Assembly (NCBI GenBank): GCA_038087875.1
Contig: CM075995.1
Location: 7,008,001-7,072,000, forward strand
Source of the DNA: Malacoraja senta
Lineage: Eukaryota
Reading direction: 5' to 3'
Length of the DNA: 64,000 nt
This document shows positions 11,351 to 23,700 of this stretch, in pieces. Both the position numbers and the translations under genes were made by a program. Each line of letters begins with the position of its first letter. Within the stretch, counting starts at the first letter, position 1. Under the pieces are notes generated by a model. It searched no databases and was not told where the DNA came from. It saw nothing but the letters and a program-made list of their open reading frames with translations.

Positions 11351-14300
11351 TCAAGTCAAGTCAAGTCACTTTTATTTATATAGCACATTTAAAAAACAAC
11401 TCGTTGACCAAAGTGCTTAACGTTGGTATGAGAATAGTACCAATGTAAACCACTTTATCGGTATCGGAAAATGGCGGCGCACCTGAATGCAGCGGCTTTG
11501 CTCTCCCCCCGTGTGGATGTTGTTGTTTCTGTCTGTTTTGTCCGTTTGTCTGTGGACCTGCGACTCGAAATACAACCGGCAGGATCTTTTAAGGATTGGG
11601 ATGCGGTGTAGCGAACTAGAGATCGTGAGAAGCTCGCACAACGATTCTATCCCGCCAGAAATCACCCGCCCAGCGGAGTCCGAGTGGATCACCATACCGA
11701 ACGGACGGTGCGGGAGGCGGCGCAGACGGAGGCAGCAGAAGCGCGGTTGTCGAGCCGGCATTCACGCTAGGCTAAAGGAAGCTCCTTACAGACCGGCGCT
11801 ACCCAGCATTTCTTTGACGAACGCCCGACCGCTCAGCAGCAAGATGGACGAGCTGGAGCTGATCAATGAAGAAAATACAACTGTGCAAACCTGCTCGATT
11901 ATGGTGGTAACCGAGACCTGGCTTCACGCTGGGATCCCGGGTGAGGCCATTAGTCTGGTAGGTCGCACAGCACACCGGGCCGACAGGAGCAGTGACAGTA
12001 AGACCAGAGGAGGGGGGCTATGTATTTACTCTTATGACAAATGGTGCACAAATGTAAACGTTGTCGAGAGACATTGTTCACCAGACATACAGTTCATCAC
12101 ATTGAAATGCCGACCCTTCTATCTGCCGCGGGAGTTCACAGCTGTCGTTATTCTGGCTGTTTATATTCCACCAAGCATTAACGTCAAGCTAGCACTGAAC
12201 ACCCAGCTAGCATCAATCAACAAACTACAGACTGCGCACCCTGATGGGATTTTCATCGCGGCTGGAGACTTCAACCAGGCTAATCTAAAAACTGTCCTCC
12301 CTAAATTCCACCAGCAGGTCACGTGTCCGACGAGAGGTCAAAATACACTGGATCACGTATACAGCAACATCAAGGATGGATACAAAGCCTCCTCTCTCCC
12401 TCACCTCGGCCAGTCTGACCATCTATCACTCTTTCTCACCCCGGCATACAGACCTCTCATTATGAGAACTAATCCCAGCGTGAGAAACATAAAGACTTGG
12501 CCCGAGGGCGCTGCCGCCCAACTTCAGGACTGTTTTGAGCGCACCCAGTGGGATCTTTTTGTAAACCAGGACATACAAGAATACACATCCACAGTCATGT
12601 TCTATATACAGAACTGTATCAACAACGTCACTGTCGACAGGGAGGTCAGGTGCTATCCAAACAACAAACCATGGATGACCAGGGATGTCAGGAAGTTGCT
12701 GAGGGAACGCAACTCAGCCTTTAGATCTGGCAGTGATGAACTGTACAGCACTGCCAGATCTAAACTAAAGAGAGTCATTAAAGAGGCAAAGACAGCCTAT
12801 GGAAGAAGGTTAGAGGGGCATTTTAACGAGAGGGACCCTCGGCGTGTCTGGCAGGGCATTCAGCAACTTACCAACTACAAGGGCAAGGGGGGGGGGCGAC
12901 CATCAGCAGCAGTAACAACTCGCTAGCTGAGGAGCTCAACCACTTTTTCGCCCGTTTTGAGCTGAATGAGGCGGAGCCTGCACCTGCAGCCGCACCCGGC
13001 ACTGACGACCCGGCACTCACTGTGAGTACGGAGGATGTCAGAAGAGCACTCCGCAGGGTCAACCCCAGGAAGGCTGCTGGCCCAGATGGCATCCCTGGGA
13101 GAGTATTGCGGGACTGTGCAGACCAGTTAGCGGAGGTTCTTAGCGACATCTTTAACCTCTCTCTGTCAACGTGCACTGTCCCTAAATGCTTCAAGACTGC
13201 TACTATCGTGCCTGTACCCAAACAAACATCCATTACCTGCCTGAATGACTACAGACCTGTTGCTCTCACTTCAACTGTGATGAAGTGTTTTGAACGGCTG
13301 GTCCTGGCCCACATTAAGTCCTCACTCCCATCCACCCTGGATCAGCATCAGTTTGCATACAGAGCAAATAGGTCAACGGAAGATGCCATCAACATAGCTC
13401 TACATTCCGCACTGACACATCTGGAGCGCCCTGGCTCATATGCGAGGATGTTATTTGTAGACTTTAGTTCTGCATTTAATACCATCATCCCCAGCAGAAT
13501 GGTGGACAAACTGTCTGATCTGGGTGTCAATGCAAACACATGCAGATGGATTAAGGACTTCTTAACAGACCGCCCACAGCCTGTCAGGATGGGGTCCAAT
13601 TACTCCCCAGTCCTGACGCTCAGCACAGGAGCGCCACAAGGTTGTGTGCTGAGTCCCATCTTGTATACAATATACACTTATGACTGCACACCGACACACA
13701 GTACAAACAGGATCATCAAGTTTGCGGACGACACGACTGTGGTGGGACTGATACACAACAACGACGAGTCTGCCTACAGAGATGAAGTCCAAAAACTGAC
13801 TGTCTGGTGTACCAAAAACAACCTGGTACTCAACCCATCAAAGACAAAAGAACTGGTCGTTGACTTCAGGAGGAAGAGGAGAGAGGAACCTGCTCCTCTA
13901 TACATCAAAGGAGACATGGTGGAGAGAGTCACTGGCTTTAAATTCCTGGGAATAAACATCTCCCAGGACCTCAAATGGCAAATGAACACCGTCACTCTCG
14001 TGAAGACGTCACAGCAGCGGCTGTATTTCCTGAGGTCTCTGCGGAGAGCAAACGTCTCACAGCCGCTGCTGCTGTCCTTCTACCGATGCGCCGTGGAAAG
14101 TATCCTCTCCTATAGCATCCTGGTGTGGTTTGCTAGCTGCACTGTGGCTGAGAGGAGGGTGCTGCAGAGAGTTATAAAAACTGCACAGAGCATCACAAAC
14201 GCTCAACTGCCCTCCTTGGATGATATATATATAGGGCCCGATGCTTGCGCCGGGACACAAACATCAAGCAGGACACATCCCACCCTGCCAACCACCTTTT

Positions 14301-14778
14301 CACTCTGCTACCCTCTGGGAGGCGATTCGGGTCTCTGAAGGCTCGCACCGGTAGACTATAAAATAGTTTCTACCCATGTGCGATAAAATAACTTAATTCC
14401 AACAGACAACACTGGGGAAGCAAAATGTAATTCCAAGAAATGCAACATTCTTTTAAAATTCTTTTTAAATACTTATTTATTATTTTTACTAATAAGTGTA
14501 CATATGTGTCAATGGTTGTCGTGCTTGTATTTTTTTAACCGGAGGAGATGCAATGGAATTTCGTTGCACAGTATTGTGCAATGACAATAAACGTATTCAT
14601 TCATTCATTCATTCAGTATAACAAACAACAGTGGTTCATGGATTAAATACAAACATCACTACGTACATATAGTCCTTGCTCAGAGGACGTCAAGAAAGGC
14701 TTGGGAGTAGAGATGAGTTTTAAGTCTCGACTTAAAGGAATCGATGGAGGGGGCAATTCTGATGGGAAGAGGGATGCA
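11351..14778 (-). mobile_element. L2-clade LINE 3' fragment (11351-11439 + 14615-14778) split by the Rex1 insertion
   Basis: Minus strand encodes SIDSFKSRLKTHLYSQAF; tail agcactttggtcaac..aaatgtgctatataaataaa..(TTGAC)n. Confidence 0.75.
11440..14614 (+). mobile_element. Near full-length Rex1/Babar-clade LINE (single ORF: APE endonuclease + reverse transcriptase), frameshifted
   Basis: ORF 11487..12926 has APE motifs (VTETWL, GGGLCIY, AGDFN, LDHVY, SDH). ORF 13022..14338 has RT motifs ([42 protein letters not shown]). AATAAA plus (CATT)n tail; possible AGTA TSD. Confidence 0.92.
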
Positions 14779-15075
14779 GGTCCACAGTCCCACTTGCCTG
14801 CATTTGGCCCATATTCCTCCAAACCTGTCCTATCCATGTACATGTCTATTTGTTTCTTAAACGTTGAAATACGTTGCTCTGTCTCAAAGGAGGAGCTGAC
14901 ATTGGGGGGGGGGGGGACTGCCGGGAGGGGGATGGCGGAGAGAGAACAAAGGGGGACCCGGCGTGGGATACTTTGTAACTTTGTTAGCCCCCTTTACGTG
15001 GCGACTATTTGCATACCTTGGGAATGCAAGCAAAGAGTTTCACTGTGGGCTGTCACATGAGACAATAACGCATTT

Positions 15076-15535
15076 ATCCATCCATCCATCCATCCATCCA
15101 TCCATCCATTCATCCATCCATCCATCCATCCATCCATCCATCCATCCATCCTTCCATCCATCCATCCATCCATCCATCCATCCTTCCATCCATCCATCCA
15201 CCCATCCATCCATCCATCCATCCATTCACTAATCCATCCATCCATCCATCCATCCTTCCATCCATCCATCCATCCATCCTTCCATCCATCCATCCACCCA
15301 TCCATCCATCCATCCATCCATTCACTAATCCATCCATCCATCCATCCATCCATTCATTAATCCATCCATCCATCCATCCATCCATCCATCCATCCAGCCA
15401 TCCATCCATTCATTAATCCATCCATCCATCCATTCATTAATCCATCCATCCATCCATCCATCCATCCATCCATTCATTAATCCATCCATCCATCCATCCA
15501 TTTATAAATCCATCCATCCATCCATCCATTCATTC
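15076..15535. repeat. (TCCA)n tetranucleotide repeat
   Basis: Directly visible. Confidence 0.98.
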
Positions 15536-15571
15536 ACTTGGGTGACCAATGTCACAATTGAATCCGCTCAC

Positions 15572-15615
15572 CTCATATTGATCCCCTGGGCAAAGGCGTG
15601 CAAAGCCAGCTAAAC
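15572..15615 (-). CDS. RIPOR2: RIPOR2-like exon, 44 nt ([15 protein letters not shown])
   Basis: ctttgcag acceptor, GAG|gtgagc donor; highly conserved RIPOR motif. Confidence 0.95.
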
Positions 15616-15683
15616 CTGCAAAGTTGAAGGTAGACCAGGCCAAGAGTTAGAACTTCAAGACTGCATGGAACCAAGTTCAAAAT

Positions 15684-16080
15684 TCATTCATTCATTCATC
15701 GTCGTTGAAGACATTAGCGACGCAGTGGTGCCGGTTTCCAACGGGAACGGTGACGGACGCACCACACATCTCTGTCCTCCAGTTCCTGCGGACTTCCGCC
15801 GCTGGAAGTACAGGATTTTGGTGTGTGTGTGCTTTATCATCGTTCCTCAAAATGCCGTGTAGGACAGTGATCGCAACTTCTACTGAAGTGTGGATGGCCG
15901 TTGGCTCGCTAGGAGCTCATCCGCCCTTTGACAAGTCTTGATTTTGGTCCTGCTGGGGGTCCACAGCCCCCTCCTCACCCGGCAAACCAGGTGGGGGAGA
16001 TGGTTTAGTCGCCGACTATCCGACCATGGAGCAGGTAGCACGGGATCACATGGTACCCGTGGCGGGGGGAATCACCCCCC
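15684..16080 (-). mobile_element. Unclassified short retroelement (probably RTE-derived), (TGAA)n tail
   Basis: GC-rich structured 5' half, no ORF, microsatellite tail at 15684-15699. Confidence 0.45.
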
Positions 16081-17262
16081 GACCTGAATTGAAAACCTTA
16101 CATTTAAGCTGTTTGGAGTTTGGATCTCGGAATTTCAGCATGGAAGATAAATTGCAGCGAATTGTGGATGCAGCCCAGACCATCACACAGACCAACCTCC
16201 CTTCAATTGACCCCCATCTACAGCTCAGTCCATTCCCAGAATAAAATCCCAGCCTGCTCAACCTCTCCCGATAGCTCAGGCCCTCGAGTCTTGGCAACAT
16301 CCTCGTACATCGTCTAAATACATTTGTATTTCCACGCGAAAGAACTTTCCCAGAACAAATCAATATTACTGAGGAATCATAATCTTCATAGGTTCATAGG
16401 TGATAGGAGCAGAATTAGGCCATTCGGCCCATCAAGTCTACTCTACCATTCGATCATGGCTATCTGTCTCTCCCTCCTAATCCCATTCTCCTGCCTTCTC
16501 CCCATGACCCCTGACACCCTTCACAATTGTTGCCACTATTACTGAGCAATATAAACCTGCTTTCCTGATGCCAGGTGCAGCCCGGGATGGGCCAGGCAGC
16601 ATCTGTGGAAGGGAATGAACAGGCTATAGTTCGGGTCGGGACCATCAATACCGAAGAAGGGTCCTGATCCTTAACGTCGTTCATCAGTTCATAACTTCAT
16701 CTGTCACAGGAGCAGGATTAGGCCATTCGGCCCATCAGGTCCATTCTGCCATTCGATCGTGGCTGATCTATCTTCCCCTCTCAACCCCTTTCTCCTGCCT
16801 TCTCCCCATAACCCCTGGCACCCATACTAATCAAGAATCTGTCAATCTCCACATTAAAATGATCCACTGACTTGGGAAAAATGTGAATAATTCTTAGTAC
16901 AAGATAAAGCCAATAAAGTCCGATTATAGATAGTCAGAGGGTCTCCAATGAGGTAGATCGTAGTTCAGGACCGCTCTCAGGTTGTGGTAGGATGGTTCAG
17001 TTGCCTGATAACAGCTGGGAAGAAACTGTCTCTGGAGGTGTGCGTTTTCACACTTCTGTACCTCTTGCCTGATGGGAGAGGGGAGAAGAGGGAGTGGCCG
17101 GGGTGCGACTGGTCCTTGATTATGCTGCTGGCCTTGCCGAGGCAGCGTGAGGTGTAGATGGAGTCAATGGAAGGGAGTTTGGTTTGTGTGATGGTCTGGG
17201 CTGCGTCCACAATTCTCTGCAACTTCTTGCGGTCCTGGATGGAGCTGTTCCCAAACCGTGCT

Positions 17263-17858
17263 GTGATGCAGTTGTATAGGGCTCTGGTGAGACCACATCT
17301 GGAGTATTGTGTACAGTTTTGGTCTCCTAATTTGAGGAAGGACATCCTTGTGATTGAGGCAGTGCAGCGTAGGTTCACAAGATTGATCCCTGGGATGGCG
17401 GGACTGTCGTATGAGGAAAGATTGAAAGGACTAGGCTTGTATTCACTGGAGTTTAGAAGGATGAGGGGGGGATCTTATATAAACATATAAAATTATAAAA
17501 GGACTGGACAAGCTAGATGCAGGAAAAATATGCCCAATGTTGGGTGAGTCCAGAACCAGGGGCCACAGTCTTAGAATAAAGGGGAGATCATTTAAGACTG
17601 AGGTGAGAAAAAACGTTTTCACCCAGAGAGTTGTGAATTTGTGGAATTCCCTGCCACAGAGGGCAGTGGAGGCCAAATCACTGGATGGATTTAAGAGAGA
17701 GTTAGATAGAGCTCTAGGGGCTAGTGGAATCAAGGGATATGGGGAGAAGGCAGGCACGGGTTATTGATAGGGGACGATCAGCCATGATCACAATGAATGC
17801 CGGTGCTCGAAGGGCCGAATGGCCTCCTCCTGCGCCTATTTTCTAAGTTTCTATGTTT
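17263..17858 (+). mobile_element. CR1-clade LINE 3' fragment
   Basis: [13 protein letters not shown]...GYGEKAGTGY plus 3' UTR. Confidence 0.88.
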
Positions 17859-18280
17859 CTCTGATGCGTCCCGATATGATGCTTTCTCAGGCGCATCTGT
17901 AGAAGTCGGTGAGAGGTGTTGGGGACATGCCGAGCTTCCTAAGCCCTCTCAGGAACCAGAGGCGTTGGTGTGCTTTCAACTCGTGCTGCGTTTATGCAGC
18001 ACTCTGTGTTATGATCAAGTTTCCAGCATCTGCAGCTCCTTGGGGCACCCGAGTTAACTTTGTGTCCATGTTATTGATGGGGATAATTCCCAGTTGGAGA
18101 TAAACATCCAAAATACAAGCGAAAGGCTTTCTATTTTGGAGCAACGGTGATAGATATTAAACGTCAGAATTTCCATTTGAATTCAATTCACAACGCGCTA
18201 TTCCGAGTGCACCTAAAATAGTCCTTTACCCGCACAGCTAACAGCATCATTCACACCAATCTTGTCCGGTTATTACTTGC

Positions 18281-18344
18281 CTTTCATCTTAATGTGAAAT
18301 TCTCCAAGCAGTTTTCCAATTTCTACCTCCAGTGAACACAGCGC
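18281..18344 (-). CDS. RIPOR2: RIPOR2-like exon, 64 nt (ALCSLEVEIGKLLGEFHIKMK-G) with GC donor
   Basis: ttgtctcccag acceptor; donor AAAG|gcaagt; phase 1 matches the next exon. Confidence 0.9.
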
Positions 18345-18409
18345 CTGGGAGACAAAGAGGTTACTTTAGACTTTGGAGATGCAGCGCGGAAACAGGCCCT
18401 TCAGGGAAA

Positions 18410-18707
18410 GGGCGGCACGGTGGCGCAGCGGCAGAGTTGCTGCCTCACAGCGCCAGAGTCCCGGGTTAGACCCTGACCACCGGTGCTGTCAGTACGGAGT
18501 TTGTACGTTCTCCCCGTGACCTGCGCGGGTTTTCTCATGGATCTTCGGTTTCCTCCCACACTCCAAAGACGTACAGGTTTGTAGGTTAATTGGCTTGGCA
18601 GAAGTGTACATTGTCCCCAGTGTGTGTAGGATGGCGTTAGTGTGCGGGGATCGCTGGTCGGTGCGGACTTGGTGGGCCGAAGGGCCTGTCTCTAAACTAA
18701 ACTAAAC
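18410..18707 (+). mobile_element. tRNA-derived V-SINE (HE1-like), complete copy; representative of dozens of copies or fragments in the window
   Basis: A box TGGCGCAGCGG, B-box-like GGTTAGACC, central GAGTTTGTACGTTCTCCCCGTG..GGTTTCCTCCCAC..CCAAAGAC domain, GGGCCGAAGGGCCTG..(CTAAA)n tail. Confidence 0.88.
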
Positions 18708-18996
18708 ATTAAGTGTGTTTCAGTGGTCCACTGGAATAGCTAAGCTGAAGGTCAGCATTACAAAAACAGCCATACAAGATTATTCACATGTCCTCCACCT
18801 CAAACAGTGCCAGAATAGATTCTGAATACCATTGCCACAGCTACTGGCAATCTTTCATGCAACAAATCCCTGACAATTATTATCAATTGTTTTCAAGAGA
18901 GAGTTAGATTTAGCTCTTCGGGCTAACGGAATCAAGGGATATGGGGAGAAAGCAGGAACGGGGGACTGATTTTGGATGATCAGCCATGATCATATT

Positions 18997-19599
18997 GACA
19001 ATAGACAATAGGTGCAGGAGTAGGCCATTCGGCCCTTCGAGCCAGCACCGCCATTCAATGTGATCATGGCTGATCATCCACAATCAGTACCCCGTTCCCA
19101 CCTTCTCCCCATATCACCTGACTCCGCTATCTTTAAGAGCCCTATCTAGCTCTCTCTTGAAAGTATCCAGAGAACCAGCCTTCACCGCCCTCTGAGGCAG
19201 AGAATTCCACAGACTCACAACTCTCTGTGTGATAAAGTGTTTCCTCGTCTCCGTTCTAAATGGCTTACTCCTTATTCTTAAACTGTGGCCCCTGGTTCTG
19301 GACTCCCCCAACTTCGGGAACATGTTTCCTGCCTCTAGCGTGTCCAAACCCCTAACAATCTTATATGTTTCAATGAGATCCCCTCTCATCCTTCTAAATT
19401 CCAGAGTGTGCAAACCCAGCCGCTCCATTCTCTCAGCATTTGACAGTCCCGCCATCCCGAGAATTAACCGTAAACCTACGCTGCACTCCCTCAATAGCAA
19501 GAATGTCCTTCCTCAAATTAGGGGACCAAAACTGCACACAATACTCCAGGTGTGGTCTCACTAGGGCTCTGTACAACTGCAGAAGGACCTCTTTGCTCC
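18997..19599 (-). mobile_element. CR1-clade LINE 3' fragment
   Basis: ORF 19114..19500 and (ACAATAG)n tail. Confidence 0.88.
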
Positions 19600-19831
19600 T
19601 TGAATGACGGTGCTGGCTCGAAGGGCCGAATGGCCTACTCTTGCACCTCTTGTCTATGTTTCAATCCTCAACCCTCCACACTGCGGCATTCAGCAATAGA
19701 CACGTTTCTTTCTCCCTTCACCTTTCCTATGTACAAAATAGTATTAGGGCGGCATGGTGGCTCAGCGGTAAAGTTGCTGCGTTACAGCGCCCAAGAACCG
19801 GGTTCGATTCTGACTATTTTTTCATACATGA

Positions 19832-20430
19832 TGCTTTTATTCAGAACTAACAAAAATAGAAAGTAGTAACACGATCAAAGAATGCCTATATTGTCATTTT
19901 ACAAACAAAGTTATCAAATTAAAATATTAACATTTTTATCAACAATACAATCGACCTCCCGCGGTGACCAGCGTTCGCCGTCCAGGGACACGCGGGCACG
20001 GACGTAACCCCGGAAAAGGGGCAGGAAGCCGACCGCTGTGCGGCCGTCGACTGCCCGCTGCCTGGACCCGCGAATGGCCATCTTGGCCGGGCCCAGGAGC
20101 AGACCGACAGGGAGACCCCCCTCCTCCATCCCGACCTTCCCCCCTCTGTACCGGGTGCCCAAATATCAATAGCGTCGGACTAAAGTGGAGCCAAAACTTG
20201 AGGAGCAGCCCCTTCAGATATTCGAACAGGGGCTGCAACCTCTCACACTCCATGTAGACGTGGAACACGGTCTCTTCCTCGCCGCAGAAGTGACAGGCGG
20301 TGGACGAGTCCGTGAACCGGCTCAAGTACCTGTTGCAGGCCACGGCTTTGTGCAACACTCTCCACCCCAGGTCCCCGATGTAAAGGGGGAGGACTCCCTT
20401 GTAGAGAGACCTCCACTGGGGACCGCTCCC
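19832..20430 (-). mobile_element. Tx1/L1-clade LINE 3' fragment with zf-RVT-like zinc finger
   Basis: WRSLYKG..DLGWRVLH...CHFCGEEETVFHVYMEC; AATAAA near the 3' end. Confidence 0.85.
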
Positions 20431-20556
20431 CTTGATTCCGACTATGTGTGCTGTCTGTACTGGGCTTGTACACATGGGCAAGTTGGGCCGAAGGGCCTGT
20501 TTCTGTGCTGTACGGCACTAAGACTGCTGGTGGACTCATTAAAGTAAAGAACATAC

Positions 20557-20706
20557 CTCTGTGGTTTCTTTATAAGTCTTGATTATTTCCACCAGGCTTT
20601 CTCTGGTACTTTTCGTGGAAGGCGACATTTCAAAGGCCTGTTTCATCTTGGAGGCTCCGTCCCGTAGCCTTTTCATCATGCAAAATGTCTCGTACAACTC
20701 ATCCAC
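20557..20706 (-). CDS. RIPOR2: RIPOR2-like exon, 150 nt ([50 protein letters not shown])
   Basis: cccttggcag acceptor, GAG|gtatgt donor; visible in ORF 20539..20739. Confidence 0.95.
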
Positions 20707-23700
20707 CTGCCAAGGGAACAGGAGTGAAAAATCCTTCAATCAAATTCAACGCTCGCATTTGTATCAACACGACTGGAATATGAAAAACAGGGATGTAATG
20801 CTGAGCCTCTAGGAGGCGCTGGTCAGGCCACATTTGGAGTACTTCGAGCAAATTTGATCCCCGTATCTGAGGAAGGATGTGCCGGCTCTGGAGAGGGTCC
20901 AGAGGAGGTTTACAAGAATGATCCCAGGAATGAGTGGGTTAACATATGATGAGTGTTTGACAGCACTGGGCCTGTACTCGCTGGAGTTTAGAAGATTGAG
21001 GGGGGACCTCATTGAAACTTACAGAATAGTGAAAGGCTTAGATAGTGTGGATGTGGAGAGGATGTTTCCACTGGTGGGAGAATCTAGGATCAGAGGTCAC
21101 AGCTTCAGAATTAAAGGGCGCTCTTTCAGAAAGGAGTGCAGTTAATCTGTGGAACTCATTGCCACAGAGGGCTGTGGAGGCCAAGTCAGTGGATATTTTT
21201 AAAGGAGAGATAGACTAATTCTGGATTAGAACAGATGTCAAGGGTTATGGGGAGAAAGGCAGGAAAACCCACCAGGAAAATGAGATTAGGAGGCAGAGAT
21301 CAGCCATGATTGAATGTCGGAGTAGACTCGTTGGGCTGAATGGCCTAATTCTACTCCTCTAACTTGTGAACGTGTTGAGTTTTGGTCACCCTGCCACAAG
21401 AAGGCTGTTTGTTTATGTAAACCAGCATCTGCAGTTCCCTGTTTCTCGCTTTTATGTTGCCTATCTTTATATGGATCTTTAGCCGCAACTTGCAAGGGCG
21501 GCAGAGTCGCTGCCTCACAGCGCCAGAGACCCGGGTTCCATCCTGACCACGGGTGCTGCCAGTACGTTCTCCCCGCGACCTGCGTGGGTTTTCTCCGAGA
21601 TCTTTGGTTTCCTCCCACACTCCAAAGACGTGCAGGTTTGTAGGTTAATTGGCTTCAGTAAAATTGTAAACCTGTCCCTATGTGCGTGGAGCACAGTGTT
21701 AGCGTACCAGCTTATGGCACGCCGGCATGACTGTGTTGGCTTTTGGTCACCCTGCCACGGGAAAGGGTGCAGAGAAGACGTTGCCAGCACTCAAGGGCCT
21801 GAGCTCTAGGGAGGAGGATGAGGGGTGATCTTATAGAGGTGTACAAAATCATGAGAGGAATAGATCGTATCGACACACAGGGTCTCTTGCAAACAGAGGT
21901 TATGGGGAGAAGGCAGGAGTTTAGAGTGGAAGAGGGTTAAGAGGGGAAGATAGATCAGCCATGATTGAATGGCGGGGTAGACTTGATGGGCCGAATGGCC
22001 TAATTCTACTCCTATCACTTATGACCTTATGACTGGGTTTCCGCGCAGTATCTCTAAGGTCTAAAAGATTGCATTTCTATACCACTCGGTTAATTCTCAG
22101 TGGTTAAAGTCTCTCAAAGAATGGGTCGACTGGGCTTGTATTCACTGGAATTCACAAGGATGAGATGGGATCTTATAGAAACGTATAAAATTCTTAAGCG
22201 ATTGGACAGGCTAGCTGCAGGAAATATGTTCCCGATGTTGGGGGAGTCCAGAACCAAGGATCACAGTTTCAGAATAAGGGGTAAACAATTTAGGATTGAG
22301 ATGTAGACGGCACGGTGGCGCAGTGGTAGAGTTGCTGCCTTACAACGAAGGTTCAGCGCCGGAGATAAGGGTTCAATCCCGTCTACAGGTGCTGTCTGTA
22401 CAGAGTTTGTACGTTCTCCCCATGACTTGCGTGGGTTTTCTCCGAGATCTTCGGTTTCCTCCCGCACTCCAAAGACGTGCAGGTTTGTAGGTGAATTGGC
22501 TTGGTGTAAATGTAAAAATTATCCCCAGTGTGTGTAGGATAGTGTTAATATGCGGGGATCGCTGGTCGGCACGCACCCGGTGGGCCGAAGGGCCTGTTTC
22601 CGCGCTGTATCACTTACGTAACTAAATGAGCAAAAACCTTTCGACCCAGAGAGTTGTGAATCTGTGGAATTCTCTGCCACAGAAGGCAGTGGAGGTCAAT
22701 TCACTGGATACATTCAAGAGAGCGTCAGATTTAGCTCTTAGGGCTAATGGAATCAAGGGATATGGGGAGAAAGCAGGAACGGGATACTGATTTTGGATGA
22801 TCAGCCATGATCATATTGAATAGAATAAAGGGGAGGTCATTTAAGACTGAGGTGAGAAAAAACTTTTTCACCCAGAGAGTTGTGAATATATGGAATTCCC
22901 TGCCACAGAGGGCAGTGGAGGCCAAGTCACTGGATGGATTTAAGAGAGAGTTAGATAGAGCTCTAGGGGCTAGTGGAGTCAAGGGATATGGGGAGAAGGC
23001 AGGCACGGGTTATTGATAGGGGACGATCAGCCAATGAATGGCGGTGCTGGCTCGAAGGGCCGAATGGCCTTCTCCAAGCACCTACTTTCTATGTTTATAT
23101 GTTTCTATGAATGGCGGTGCTGGCTCGAAGGGTCGAATGGCTTACTCCTGCACCTATTTACTATGTAACCCGCATTTAGTCTTCCCGGCTCAACAAATCT
23201 TCATGGTAGAAAAGAACTCACACGAGTTTAACCCATGAAATGGTAAACATGGCAGAAGTGGAAGTTAAATGAATCATTTTGGGTTTTTCAAATGACCACA
23301 GATGATGGGGTAAAGCTGTCACTAGACCACTAAACGTGGATCCAGCACAGGAAATGAAATAATGTGGAACTTAATTAGATCCTCTCATCAAGCAGCTGAA
23401 ATGTTACGAAATAAGTGTCTTTTTTAAAAATAACTTTTTTCAGGCCAATTTTAAAACATGATCTAAGCTGGCAATCCTGGGCTAAACTATTGAAGAATTA
23501 TACAGTGTGAGCAGGCACAAAGCCTGTCAGTGTAGTAGATAGTGATGAAGGTACATGGAACAGAAACTAATACAGCACAAGCACTGGCCCTTCGGCCCAC
23601 ATTGTTCAGTTTGCTGCAGTGAAACGGCGCGGAAACAGGCCCTCCGGCTCACCGAGTCCGCGCCGACCAGCGATCCCCGCACATTATCACTATCCTACAC

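Noticed and set aside
18410..18490. tRNA genes
   Set aside because: A/B boxes belong to tRNA-derived SINE heads continuing into V domain and tail; no standalone cloverleaf
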